NCBI GenBank assembly: GCA_050230475.1
Contig: JBFLGF010000019.1
Span: 1-64,000, forward strand
Source: Ancylonema sp.
Taxonomy: Eukaryota
Direction: 5' to 3'
DNA length: 64,000 bases
The translations under genes and the position numbers were made by a program. This document shows positions 22,301 to 34,773 of the stretch, piece after piece; within the stretch, counting starts at the first letter, position 1; the number at the start of each line of letters is the position of its first letter. The notes below the pieces were generated by a model. It was given only the letters and a program-made list of their open reading frames with translations, did not search any database and was not told the origin of the DNA.

Positions 22301-25300
22301 CCTCCCTTGCATCTCCACCTCCTGCGATGTTGATCCCTGATTGGCTGTCAGACAGCACAATCGTGGCGTTAGGGACCTCAGCAGCTTGTGGCTGGAAGTT
22401 GTCGTGCGGATAGTCGATGGCAGCTGCTGGCTCAGGGACTGCTGCTTCTGCTGGTGCTGGGATTGGCTGCAGAACTGCTCATCGGTTGCAGAACTGCGGT
22501 GCTGCTGGCATGTTGGGGTGGACTGCTGCTGCTGGCATGTTGGGGTGGACTGCTGCTGCTGGCACAACTGCTGCAGCTGGTTCATCTTCAGGGTCGGTGA
22601 AAAGGTAGAAAAAGTGTTTTTCTGCTGCCTCCTGAATCTGGGGAGCTCTCCCCCCCATCAGCTTCGGGTACCCCGGCACCTCCTCAAAGAACCTCACGTC
22701 CATGCGTGATATCACCCCAGCTCTATGGGGATCGAAAACATTGTAGCCTGCACTCCCCGCAGCCATCCCCAGAAACACACCAAAGCAAGTACGAGGGGGG
22801 GCAAACTTGTCCTGACTGTTCTTTTCCCCCCCAACCTTCAAATATTGGACCAGACACCCGAAATTATGACTTTTGTTAACTGTCATTCTCTTCCCCTCCC
22901 AGACCTCAATTGGAATTTTCCCAGAAAGCGACTTAGTGGGTGTTCTATTCCTCAACCAGTTTGCATGTAACAATGCCACGTCCCAATAAGACTTCGGTAG
23001 ACCTGACCAGATTAAGATGCATCGCATTTTTTCTGTCAATGTTCGGTTCAGTCTTTCACAGATTCCGTTTTGTTCAGGACTATATGCTTCGGTGGTTTGC
23101 TTATCAATACCCTTCCCCCCACAGTAGTTTATCCAGTCCTGAGACATATACTCCCCTCCCTTATCTGTCCGAATAGACTGTAGGGGCAGACCCGACTGGA
23201 CCTCGAGCAATTGTATAGTGACTCTTGCTTGGTTCAGTGCTTCATCCTTTGTTTTTAACAAGCTCACAAATGACAGACGTGTGGATACCTCTATCCCTGT
23301 CTGAGCATATGTATAAATCCTCCGTTAGCTGACTTGACAGACAGTGGTCCAATGAGATCCAGGTGTATGCGACCCATCTTGGGGCATGTCCCCAGATCCG
23401 CACTGACCTTAGCATGACGAGCTGAGTCATCTTCCCCTGACAACTGACATCCCTTTACTTCAGTTAATTCTCCCTGACTTAACTCTGGGATTTCACGTCC
23501 CCACGTCTGGCGAAATCTGACATCACATCGAACTGGGGTGACCCATTTGTGATGCCAGACCATGCCTGTGGACAAATTCGCTGTAGTATCATGAGATCCA
23601 GGCATAACGATTGTGGCAGCAAGCAGAGTCAGACCACTAGGCTGCTGCAGCACATCAGCCCATTTCACATTTCCCTTGTTTAATTCAGGACCCGTGGGCA
23701 GCTGTAGAAAGCTCAGCCCACCTCTTCTGACGAGGCACGATGTCGACACGAGGGTGCAGGCAAAGGTTGGACGTGGATCGAGCTGAGTCACAAAGAAAGC
23801 GTCGCCATTCCGCACTCGGATGTGCACGAAACCAGTGCCCTCCACCTGGTGTGACGAGCCGTCAGCAGTGGTGATGAAGGCCTGCTGCGTGCGCAGGGTA
23901 GGTGTGTACTCCACAAAGTGTTCACGTGCCGTGAAAATGTGGTCGGTAGCACCTGAATCCAGGATCAGGGAGTCTGAGTGAGGACCAGCAGACCTTGCCC
24001 GGGCAACATCGAACGAGAAAGCACCGAATGCTAAATAATCCACATTAGCGTTGAAGGGTTTGTCAGCAAAGCGAGCAAGTCTAGCTTGTGCATCAGCCCT
24101 CCTAGCAGCCTCTGGGTTCATTAGAGCCATGTCAGATGTTCTTTTTCTGCAATGTTCAATTGTGTGACCGACAATGTTGCAATATCTGCACTTTTGCCTC
24201 CCCCCTGAACTTCCCTGAGTAGCGTGCGCGACATTTCCAGCTGCTGGTGATGACGCAGGGCAGTGAGCAGCTCGGTGGCCTGCGTGGTGGAACCTGTGAC
24301 ATTTCCATGGCCCCGCATGACCTCCGCCAGATGCTGGTGAAGGGCAGTTCGCTCTGATGTGCCCGAATTTGTGGCAGCCGAAGCATTCGACGCCTGCAGC
24401 GTCTCTGCGACCAGCTCCAGTCGCACCACCAGATCTGCTGCTACCTCCAGCTCCATTCCCCCCCCCAGGTCCACCATAATGCGCCTGGTGTCCTCCGGGC
24501 AGCGCCCCCCATTTTCGATCGTTCAGCTCTTTCCGCACGTCGTCGCGAAGCAGCGCACTCACGATGTGTGGAATCGTGAAGAGGGTGTGGCGACGACTCG
24601 GACCATGGCATCAGCGTTGAAACCATCGGACTGTAATGCGTGTTCAACGAATTCAGCACGTTGATCGCTGCTTCGTCGGAGATACTGGCGCCCCCAAATT
24701 CTTAAGGTCCTGACAGCGCTGCAGACGCTTCACGTACACGTTGAGGTCCTCTGCCTCCGTCTGAATGATAGCGCTCAGCAATGCCTCCGTATTTGCGATC
24801 TCGATCGCACCTGCACCTGGTAGAATGTCCGCAGAGCATCCCACATGCCGGCGGCTGTCGTGCAGTCAGTGACGTGCGTCAGCTCCGATGCCCAGGTGCT
24901 TCACAATATAAGACATAAGCCAGATTATCCTCGTCCCATTTCTCCAGCTCCAGCAGCTGCTGGGAAATCTGCTGTTGTCGCACCAACACTTCGACATCCA
25001 CGTCGATCCCCCTGGCGGCAAATTGCAGCACAGCTCGTTATCAGGTGTCAATGGAAGGATTACACGTCTGGGCGGACACTTTCGCGGCAAACTTTCCCAA
25101 TCCATCACCAAACGGTGCAGTTTCTTATCCGCCAGCCCATACTTGATTGACCTTGAAGGCCCATCCTGTATAATCAGCTCCAGTAAATTGAGGGATTTGC
25201 TATCCGACATTATGGCAGCTATTGTGTAGGACTTTACAAAAATTCTCGCTCAGCTCGAGTTCTCAGTGCAAATTCCTGCACTTGCAGCACTCAGCTCAAA

Positions 25301-25925
25301 AACTTGCAGCCAATATCAGAATTACGTGCAGACCTTAACAACCTCGAATATATTTGCGCTCACTGGCTGAATATACCGTTCACAGAGATTACCGCAGCGA
25401 AATCGCGTGGAGCCTTTAGTTTTTAACCTAAACGGCGTCTGAACTAGACCGCTCGTGGGCCCATAACCTATAAGCTTTTGAGTGATTAGACTTGCCGGAC
25501 TAATTTGGTGGGCGACAAAACGAACCGTACGCAAAAGGATCTCTATCACTGATGATCAACGAGACAGGAGTTGCGTGTGTGGACGAATTATTATTGTGAT
25601 TGCATCGGGGATGGTAATACCCGATGCGCTTTACAGATTGTTGCTTGCCGACGGTCGGCACAATTGACCGTCGGCCTATCATTGACTGACAGCTCTAAAT
25701 GTCAACGGCACATGCCGGACATTTCTGACACGACTAAACTAGCCAGTCACGACGCTTCGACCAAATAACGTCTCTAAGCGTCGGAAACATGTCAGGTGCC
25801 CGGGCACAAACTTGCCCGGCCCCGCATACAGGCACATCTAGAACATTGCTCCCGGTTAGAAGAAGAGTAACCGGTTACCACTGGACTAGCAAGCATAACA
25901 TATGGCTATCCAAAATATTCTAACA
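19336..25925 (-). mobile_element. Full-length (degenerate) Ty1/Copia LTR retrotransposon, family A
   Basis: LTRs 25469-25925 and 19336-19793 (5'-TGTTAG...CTTATA-3'), PBS 25456-25468, PPT GAGGGGGTG at ~19794-19802. The TSD is imperfect (CAGCG vs CAGGA on -). Domain order is gag-PR-INT-RT-RH. Confidence 0.95.
20519..25210 (-). pseudogene. Copia gag-pol polyprotein, frameshifted
   Basis: CCHC knuckles; PR ILDSGATDH; INT SIRTDKGGEY and PEQNGICERLNRTL; RT YKVRLVAQGF, QMDVITAFL, ALYGLKQS, IHVDD; RNase H IHTDSTSAL and NQLADMLTKAL. Spread over several frames. Confidence 0.93.
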
Positions 25926-26961
25926 CGCTGCAGTCTCGCAATTTCGCACGTGCGTCAGCTCCCCCGTCGGGAGGTGTTTGACGATGTACGCCATTGCAGC
26001 GATATTCTTCTGCGACCAGGCCTCTCGAACGAGAGTCTGTCGACCGATGAGCTGGGTGCGTGCCGTGACCGTACGAGTGACGTCCGCAGCATCCAGTGCA
26101 TCGAGCTCGTCCTGCGTGAGTGGTGGAAACACGACAGGTTTCGCTTGCCTCGGGGATTCGCCCCAATCCATGACAATGTCATAGCTCTTTGTCAGCTAGG
26201 CCGAATTTTATTTTGAAGGCCCAGCCCTTGTAGTCTGCTCCTGTGAAGATCAGAATGTATGACTTTCCCGTCATTTTAGGCAGCAGCTATATGGCTTATG
26301 AGCAGCTCTTAGCAACTTCTTTCAGCGTGTTTTGTGTAGCGCAGCTCACACCTCATTCACTGGCAGCGCAATTCGAAGGATTACGTGCAGCACTTAATAA
26401 TCCCAACCTCAGAGTCTCTTCGCAGCGAATCACGTGGAATGCCTGTAATTATTGACACAGCGTCTTTAACTAGACCGCCTGTGGGCCCATAACCTTTTAT
26501 CGTTTATACGTGATAGGTGTGCGAGATCGTGTGGTTCTTTCCGTACAAGGGACTACGTCTCTCAAAGATGATCAATGACAAGTATTGTGTTGGAATAATT
26601 ATTATTGAATGGTCGGCATCGTGTAGGTATAACGATGCCTCGTACAAATTGAGAATCAACAAAGTGTGCCGACGGTCGGTGCTACGGACCGTCGGCCTAT
26701 CATAACACAACAACCAGTCAGATCATGTCAACGGCACATGCCGGACAGTCTGACAAGACATAACGTCTAGATCTAGACCACACGTGCCACAAACGGCACA
26801 ATCGAAACGTCAAGGCACAATCGAAACGTCATCTTCGGATGCCCGGACACAAGTCCGGCCCCTCATTCCAAGCACACCCTAGGAATCCTACCGGTTACAC
26901 TAACCGGTAGTCCGGACTAGCACACTAGCAAGCATGGCTATCCGATATAATTCCTACAACA

Positions 26962-29900
26962 CCCCCACCCGTCTTCCTATCTCCTAGCTGATCAGCTATC
27001 ATGTCCAGCCCAAGTGACTTCAGGTTCATGGGGCTGAAGGTTGGAAGGGTAGGTGGGAGGTCTGAAAGTCCCTTTTCAGGGTTAAAGGAGCGTGGTTTCC
27101 CTGGCATACCCATAGCCAGAAATTTCGTCACCCCTATCTCCTTGCCCCCCCCTTTGAATGCACCCCCTCCCCCTTTCACTTCACCCCCTCCTTCTATCAC
27201 TCTACCCCCTCCTTCCTTCATGCCACCCCCATGCGTGGGCTTCACTACCCTTCCCGGTAATATCAATAGGCCACTACTATGACGCCTAACATCCACCCAA
27301 TGTCTGCCATGTCGTGACAAACGAGGCACCCCCCTCTCACTAAGCTAGAATCCCAACCCCCTACGTTTGTTGAGGTAGTCCATACTCACCAACTGTTGAC
27401 CCAAGCTGAGCACGTGAAGGGCATTCAGCATCACCTCCTCCACCGACTCCCCTTTCTTCAACAACACCCGTACCATCCCTATCCCAAATACTCGATGGGC
27501 CCTTCCATCAGCCGTGCGCACGTGCGTCTTGTCGGTTGGCACCACGGTGGAGTATCGCTCGAAGTCTTCACGGCTAGGGAAGATATGATCCGTTGCCGCA
27601 TAATCCAGAATCAAGAACTTCCTTTCCAGCGCCGCATTCACTACTGGCATGTTGCTCGCGAACACCGCCATCCCGAAATTCAGCATCCCCGCATCCTGAC
27701 CATTAAAGTCGAGTGCATTCTGGCCACACTCGGCCCTTGCGCACGCCGCCAATCTGGCGGATCCCTCCTCATCCTGCTTCCGAAGCCTACACCGGTCTTT
27801 GAGGTGTCCTGGCTTGTTGCAATAGTTACACTGGAGCTCTCTCTGCTGCTACTGATCCCGCTCTCCTCCCCCATACTGTTGCTGACGACCTCCGATTTGC
27901 TGCCCGTTGTCCCGGGGCCTCGTGCAGTTGCGGCCCACGTGGCCTGACTGATGCCAATTATGGCACAATCTCGTGTCCGGTTGCTGCGACCCTCCACTCG
28001 GGCAGTCCGCCTTGTAGTGCCCGTACAGCCGACACCCATGGCACTGGACATTGCGCATGTCCCTCGCCCCTCCATTCTGCGGCCTGCCAATCTAGCCAGC
28101 GCCGGCTCCTCCAAAATTCGCATGGTGCTCGCCACCAGCTGGCTGTCCACGCTTGCGCTCGTTGATCTCTTCACGCACGTTGTTCCGCAACAGCGCCGAG
28201 ACGATGCGCGGACTCGTTTAGTGGCTGGGAGCGGTTGACGCCCAAAGCATGACCGATCCCACCAGTAGATTGTAGCGCGAGTTCAACGAGTTCAACAACG
28301 ACGTGGCCTGCTCCGATGGCGTCAACGGCTTTACCAGGGCATCGAGCTCTTCTTGCAGTGCCTGCAAGCGAAGGACATACAGTGGCAACTCTTGAGCTTC
28401 ATGCATAATGATGGCTGAAAACCTCGCAGTAGCATTGAAAATTTCAATGTCCCCTTGTAGTACATAATGAGACTCAAGTGCTTCCCACATTTCATACGCA
28501 TACTCACACCTCCTAACATGTGTTTGTTCTGTCGACCCAAGGTACTTAACAAAATACGCTTGAGCCGTTGAGTCAAGTTCATCCCATGGATCACATTCTA
28601 GTTACCTGGCATCGATGAGAATTTGACGAGTAACATATGCAGCAATCCTAGCAGCATTATCAGCAAGGAGGTTCAGATGTGCCTGTGTCAGAGGCACGAT
28701 AACCGCAGGTCGAGGTTCTCTCGCCTTCCCCTTGAACTCAAAGACCACTTTGTGGAGCTTCTTCTCGATGAGTCCAAATCTCATCTTGAACGCCCACGCC
28801 TTGTTTGCGGCCCCACTGAACTGCGGGATGTTACTCTTGTCCCCCATTCTGCGAGCACGTTAGCAATACAAGCGCAAAAATCATTGCAAGCAGCAAAAAC
28901 AGCTGAAGCACACACACACTTACAGGCGGCCGCAGCGAGTCAGCTGGCCCCTGTTAGAATATTTTGGATAGCCATATGTTATGCTTGCTAGTCCAGTTGT
29001 AACCGGTTACTCTAACCGGGAGCAATATTCTAGATGTGCCTGTATGCGGGGCCCCCCAAGTTTGTGCCCGGGCACCTGACATGTTTCCGACGCTTAGAGA
29101 CGTTATTTGTTTGAAGCGTCGTGATTGGCTTGGTTAGTCGTGTCAGAAATGTCCGGGCATGTGCCGTTGACATGTAGAAGAGCTGTCAGTCAATGATGGC
29201 CGACGGTCAATTGTGCCGACCGTCGGCAACAACAATCTGTAAAGCGCATCGGGTATTACCATCCCCGATGCAATCACAAAATAAACGCAACTCCTGTCTC
29301 GTTGATCATCAGTGATAGAGATCAATGATAGAGATCCTTTTGCGTACGGTTCGTTTTGTCGCCCACCTAATTATTCCGGCTCACTCAAAAGCTTTTAGGT
29401 TATGGGCCCACGTGCGGTCTAGTAGACGCCGTGTTGGTTAAAAACTAAAGGCTCCACGCGATTTCGCTGCGGTAATCTCTGTGAACGGTATATTCTGCCA
29501 GTGAGCGCAAATATATTCGTGGTTGTTAAGGTCTGCACGTAATTCTGATATTGCGCTGCAAGCTTTCGAGCTGAGTTCTGCAGTGCAGGAATTGCACTGA
29601 GAACTCGAGCTGAGCGAGAAATTTTGTGAAATCCTAAACAATAGCTGCCACAATGACGGATAGGTCGCAAATCCCTCAGTTTACTGGAGCTGATTATACA
29701 GGATGGGCTCAAGGTCAAGTATGGGCTGGCGGACAAGAAACTGCATCGTTTGGTGATGGATTGAGACAGCTTGCCGCGAAAGTGTCGCCCAGACGTTATC
29801 CTTCCATTGACACCTGACAACGAGCTGCAATTTGCCGCCAGGGGGATCGACGTTGATGTCGAAATATTGGTCAGGGAGCAGCAGATTTCCCAGCAGCTGC

Positions 29901-32900
29901 TGGAGCTGGAGAAATGGGATGAAGGCAATCTGGCTGCTATGTCATACATTGTGAAGCACCTAGGTCCTTCGGAGCTGACGCACATCACAGACTGCACGAC
30001 AGCTGCCGGAATGTGGGATGCCCTGAGGACATTCTATCAGGTGCAGGGTGCGATCGAGATCGCAAATACGGAAGCACTGCTGAGCGCGATTATACAGACA
30101 GAGGCAGAGGACCTCAACGTATCCGTCAAAGCGTCTGCAGCAGCTGCACCAGGATCTGAAAAATCTGGGGGCGCCTCTGAAGAATCTGGGGGCGCCAGTA
30201 TCTCCGACGAAGCAGGCGATCAACCTGCTGAATTCTTTAAACACGCATCTGATGCCATGGTCGGAGTCGTCACCACACCTCTTCACGATCCCCACATCGT
30301 GAGTGCGCTGCTGCGCGAACGACGTGAGGAAGGAGCTGAATGAGCGTAAGAGGGGGGCGCTGCCAGGAGGTCACCAAGCGCATTATGGTGGACCTGGGGG
30401 GGGGTGGCGGAGCTGGAGGCAGCAGCGCAGATCTGGTGGTGGGACTGCAGCTGGTGTCGCAGAGACGCTGCAGGCGTCGAGTGCTTCGGCCGCCACAAAT
30501 TTGGCCAACATCAGAGCGCATTGTCCTTCACCAGGCGTTGGCCGGAGGCCATGCCTGGAGCTCGGAAAATGCCATAGGTGCCTTCAGCCAGGACATAAGG
30601 CCGCACAGTGCAGAGCGGCGGGCCCCATTCATCAAAACAGGGAGGAGAAAGTCAGTGGCATGAATTGAGTGATTGCGAGTCTAAGGACAGAGCTCAAGCT
30701 AGGCTTTCAGCATGCTCCGACGATCCTGTTTGCTTATCATTCCATAGGGCTTATGGAGCATCTTCAGCAAGAGGCGTGGTTTAATGATGAGAAAGAGGGG
30801 CGTTTGATCTTAGACTCGGGTGCAACGGACCACATCTTTCCTAGTTCGGATTGCATGACTGACTGGGTATAGTCAATTGGCCAGCCCCGAATACGTCTAC
30901 ACGCCTCTCTGACAACAAAGCCCACCACGAGGTGAAAGGGAGCGGCATCGTGATGACCCTTGCCGAGCAGTGGTGTGGCTCGGAAGTGGTGCATCGTCGC
31001 CGGCTGATCGCACTCCATGTGCCAAGCATTGAGCAGCAGCTGGTCAGCATGACGCGGCTGAACGAGAGGGGGGATGTGGAGTTCCACTTGAAGGGAAGGT
31101 GGGGGGTGTGTCTAGTTTGACTAGGGGGGGTAGGAAGTGGTGTGATGTGAAAAGGGGGCATAATGGATTGAATGCAGGGCTCCATTATTCAGCCCAGAAG
31201 GATGCAAGTGAATCTCGTTCAACGCAGGCCTGAACCTTTGAAACCTCAACCCTTACCTTCCCCTCAAATCAAAGAATTTGAAGCTCAAGAGCCTCTACCC
31301 CGACCTTCCACCATCCCTGAAACACCTAAGTCCATGAACTTGAAGTCAAAGTTGGGTGGTTTAGGGAGAAAAACAGGATATGAGATCCTAGAGGAGTTGC
31401 TAGGTGATAGCAAGGCATATGGGGGTGCCAGAGGGCAGGTGTTAGTGAGGGATAGGTCCAGGATCAGGACAGGTGTCATAACAAACAGTCCACACCTTAC
31501 CAGTCCACACCTACTAACTTCCAAACCCTACGCCCCGCCTGACTTAACGGCTGATGTGTGCGCGGTCTGGGGGGGTGTGCTAGCTGGATGCTAGGGGGTG
31601 TGGGACAGATTTAATTGTCATGTTGGTTATGGTAGGGGGCATGCCGCCCAAGTCTTTGGAGGATAGATTGAGGGTGATAAATGAGTTCTGGAGTCTGCAC
31701 AGTCTGCCACCAGTACTCCAGAAAATATTTTACATTGGGCTGAGTATTTGGTCGTTTGTTGATCTGTAATCTAGTCAGGTGCCTGATAGGGTTGAATAGA
31801 GGTGTATCTAGTTTGAAGTCATTTGGATAAGTGAGCTGAAAAGCTGGTTGTTGTATAGCGTCCAGCAGGGTCAGCAGGGGAAGTCTAGGTTTTGGACGGT
31901 TATACTGAAACTGGGGGTGTCAGTCTTTTATTTTTATGATCAGAGGTTTCGAATGCCATGCATGTTGGCAGGGGGTGTGTTGTTATATTTCTTGGCAGGG
32001 GGTGTGTTGTTATGTTTATTTTCATGCAGAAATAATGGGGAGGGTACACCAACTTCAGCTGATCCAGCTAAGTCACACTCTTACCTTAATACCTTGAAAA
32101 GACACTTGAAAACGTTTAAGGACACTTTAAAATCAGAAAGTGTGAATCTGTGTTCTGAATTTTCGAATGTATGTCTTAATCATTGTTGCAAAACTTGTGT
32201 CAAAAGTTGGTGCTGATAGGACTGGTAATTTTGAAGATATGCTGTTTTGTGATTTTTCTGTCTGGAAAGTGTAAAGTTTTCAGAATCGTAAAGTTGAAAA
32301 AGTTAAAAAAACAAAAATATTTTCATAAGTTTTTTTATTTTTCGCCTAACTTGTGGTATTTTGTTTGTATGTTCAGGGCTTCGGCCTGAAAAAACGACTA
32401 AGGATCTGGAGCGATCGACTTCATGGAGTTCCGATCGGCTTCCGAACGGCTGCATTTGTCGGATAGAATCCCCCTAGCACGCTTTTATGCTAGGGAAGAC
32501 CAAAACTGTTTTTTATATGTTATGCCAATGGTTCTGCCATGATTTGGCAATGACTTGGGTACTCCTTTTCATTTTGATGTCTGCATCTTGCCAACTTTAG
32601 CATGGCATCCGAGGGGGTGGGGGTGTGTTAGAATATTTTGGATAGCCATATGTTATGCTTGCTAGTCCAGTTGTGAGTTGTAACCGGTTACTCTAACCGG
32701 GAGCAATATTCTAGATGTGCCTGGACGCGGGGCCGGGCAAGTTTGTGCCCGGGCACCTGACATGTTTCCGACGCTTAGAGACGTTATTTGTTTGAAGCGT
32801 CGTGATTGGCTTGTGTCAGAAATGTCCGCATGTGCCGTTGACATGTAGAAGAGCTGTCAGTCAATGATAGGCCGACGGTCACCGACCGTCGGCACACAAC

Positions 32901-33742
32901 AATCTGTAAAGCGCATCGGGTATTACCATCCCCATGCAATCACAATAATAATTCGTTCCACACAGCAACTCTTGTCTCGTTGATCATCAAGTTTTAGAGA
33001 TCCTTTTGCGTACGGTTCGTTTTGTCGCCCACCTAATTATTCCGGCACGTCTAATCACTCAAAAAAGCTTATAGAGCCCCTAACAAGAGCCTCACACGCA
33101 ATCCGCAATTACGTGCAGCAAATTTCCTAGCCAAATTGCCCTAAAAACACAAGCGCAATTTACTGTTATGTTCCGTGACTTGGCACAGTGAATCGTGTGG
33201 AACCTATACGAGTCTGACACCACGGCGTCCGAAATCCTAGACCGCCTGTGGGCACATAACTTTAGCGTTCGGTCGGCCAATTGCACTCGATACTCATAAT
33301 CAGGCTACAACGCAAAGATGCTTTTCCGTACGACATGAGATTTTCTTGTGGAACAGTTAGTGTAAAAGTGTCATCGTCGGGAGTAAGGTATCCCGACGAT
33401 TGTACAACAGAAAAATTAGCTCGGACACTTTTCTATAGCCGACGGTCGGAACTCCGACCGTTGGCCAATCACAAACTAGCGTCACATCAGATATCCACGG
33501 CAACTTGCCGGACTAAACTGACACCAATCATTATAGCCGATGGATTGATGACACTGCCCTAGATTCGTTCTGACATATCGAACGACAACTAGATACTGAC
33601 ACGCCGCACAATTGTGGACACGTGCAAAGGCGGACGGATTCCCGGGTGTAGTGTACCCGGCTCCGTGCAACAAAAGACTAAGGCAATTATTCCGGACTAG
33701 GCAATCAAGTCAAGTAGGCGCCTATCCGAACAATTCCTAACA
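26962..33742 (-). mobile_element. Ty1/Copia element family C (gag-protease), interrupted by family A at 28952 and by family B at 26961
   Basis: 5' LTR ~33262-33742 and degenerate PBS AGTTATGTGCCCA. Gag starts at ATG 28847 (MWEALESHY, LLNSLNSRY, CHGC..GH..C knuckles). Degenerate protease ILDYAATDHIF. Confidence 0.8.
28952..33073 (+). mobile_element. Non-autonomous Copia family A element (gag + protease only, 4.1 kb)
   Basis: LTRs 28952-29397 and 32626-33073, PBS GGTTATGGGCCCA at 29398-29410, PPT before 32626. GCCCC flanks both ends (right copy offset by 2 nt). Gag from ~29653 and PR ILDSGATDHIF at ~30810. No INT/RT motifs. Confidence 0.9.
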
Positions 33743-34773
33743 CCTACTGATAACACATAATGAGATTCTAGCGTAATATGTGACTTATCAACGAAGTTTT
33801 CCGTAAGTACTACTCGCCGAAGATGAAATGCACTCACGAAAAATACTGGGAGGTCTTTGAAAAACAATACTAGGGTCGGTACTGAACTCCTTATAAAGGA
33901 AACTGAACACTAACTCGATATAATAATAAGTTGGAAGTTAAGGCATAAGAAAGGTCTAACTAATGATGAAGTCTAATAACCTAAATAGGGCCTAATTGCT
34001 AGGCGACCAGGATAAACAGCTAAGAGCTAGCAAAGGTTAGGGCACTCTCTAGGGTAACCCTAGGGACAATAGAGGGAGTCCTAACAGCAGGTAGTGTTGT
34101 TATAATCTGGTGAAAATGGTATTTCAAGCAACTCTGGTAGGCTGTTAGAGATACTCAGAGTATCACATATAGTGGAAATAGATGTTGAATATGGTGATTA
34201 GGAAAAATGAAGCCGTACAAGTGGTACTGTTGCTGGTGGTAGAGGTTGGTACTTGAATTGTTGAGATAGAAATGAAAAATCCGCCTGTTGTTTTTGTTTA
34301 GTTTTCCTTGTTTGAGATGAAGGAACACGAGATGGAGGGTTGGATTGTCTAATAGGTTTAGTTTCAATCCAAGTGATTTCTCGTGAGGTAAATATATATT
34401 TAGACTGAGGTGTTGGTTGTGGTCGTTGACCGGTGTGGGGTCGGAGACCATAAAACTGTGGACCATAAGGTTTCGGTTTGACGGTTGGGTCATTAGGCCG
34501 TCATCTTGGTTGAACAAGTCGGATGGTTGGATTTTGGACCCATGGTCGTGGACTGGGTTTCGATGAGTTTTTAGACCGCAATTTGGTTGGTTGACTTTTC
34601 ACTGGGGTAGGTGGGCCCGTGAATGCAGATTGCATATTGACTTTGTTTTTGGATTTGTTCCGTCTGTGTGGTTTTGCAGGATTAGTAAAAGTTTTCTCAC
34701 TGGAGGATCTAGTGTCCCTCCCCCCTAGAGTTGAGGTTGGTAAATACCTTTGTTCCGAGGTGAGGGGTGATCC

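Larger units (their letters stand above)
18136..26961 (-). mobile_element. Ty1/Copia element family B, 3'-truncated after the protease and split by a family A insertion
   Basis: 5' LTR 26495-26961 and PBS GGTTATGGGCCCA (26482-26494, -). Gag is split at ETAA|DMWDAL between 25926 and 19335. Three CCHC-like knuckles, protease LDSGSTDH (~18440). No integrase, RT or 3' LTR. Confidence 0.85.

Noticed and set aside
22495..22565. 30-bp tandem repeat, superficially array-like
   Set aside because: An in-frame duplication in the Copia INT-RT linker. It has no spacers and is not CRISPR.
26962..26972. GGGTGGGGG (-) next to LTR B, read as a PPT implying a shared LTR between tandem elements
   Set aside because: LTRs B and C are too divergent to be one pair, and the tract lies in the coding tail of C. 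Insertion of B into C is the simpler explanation.
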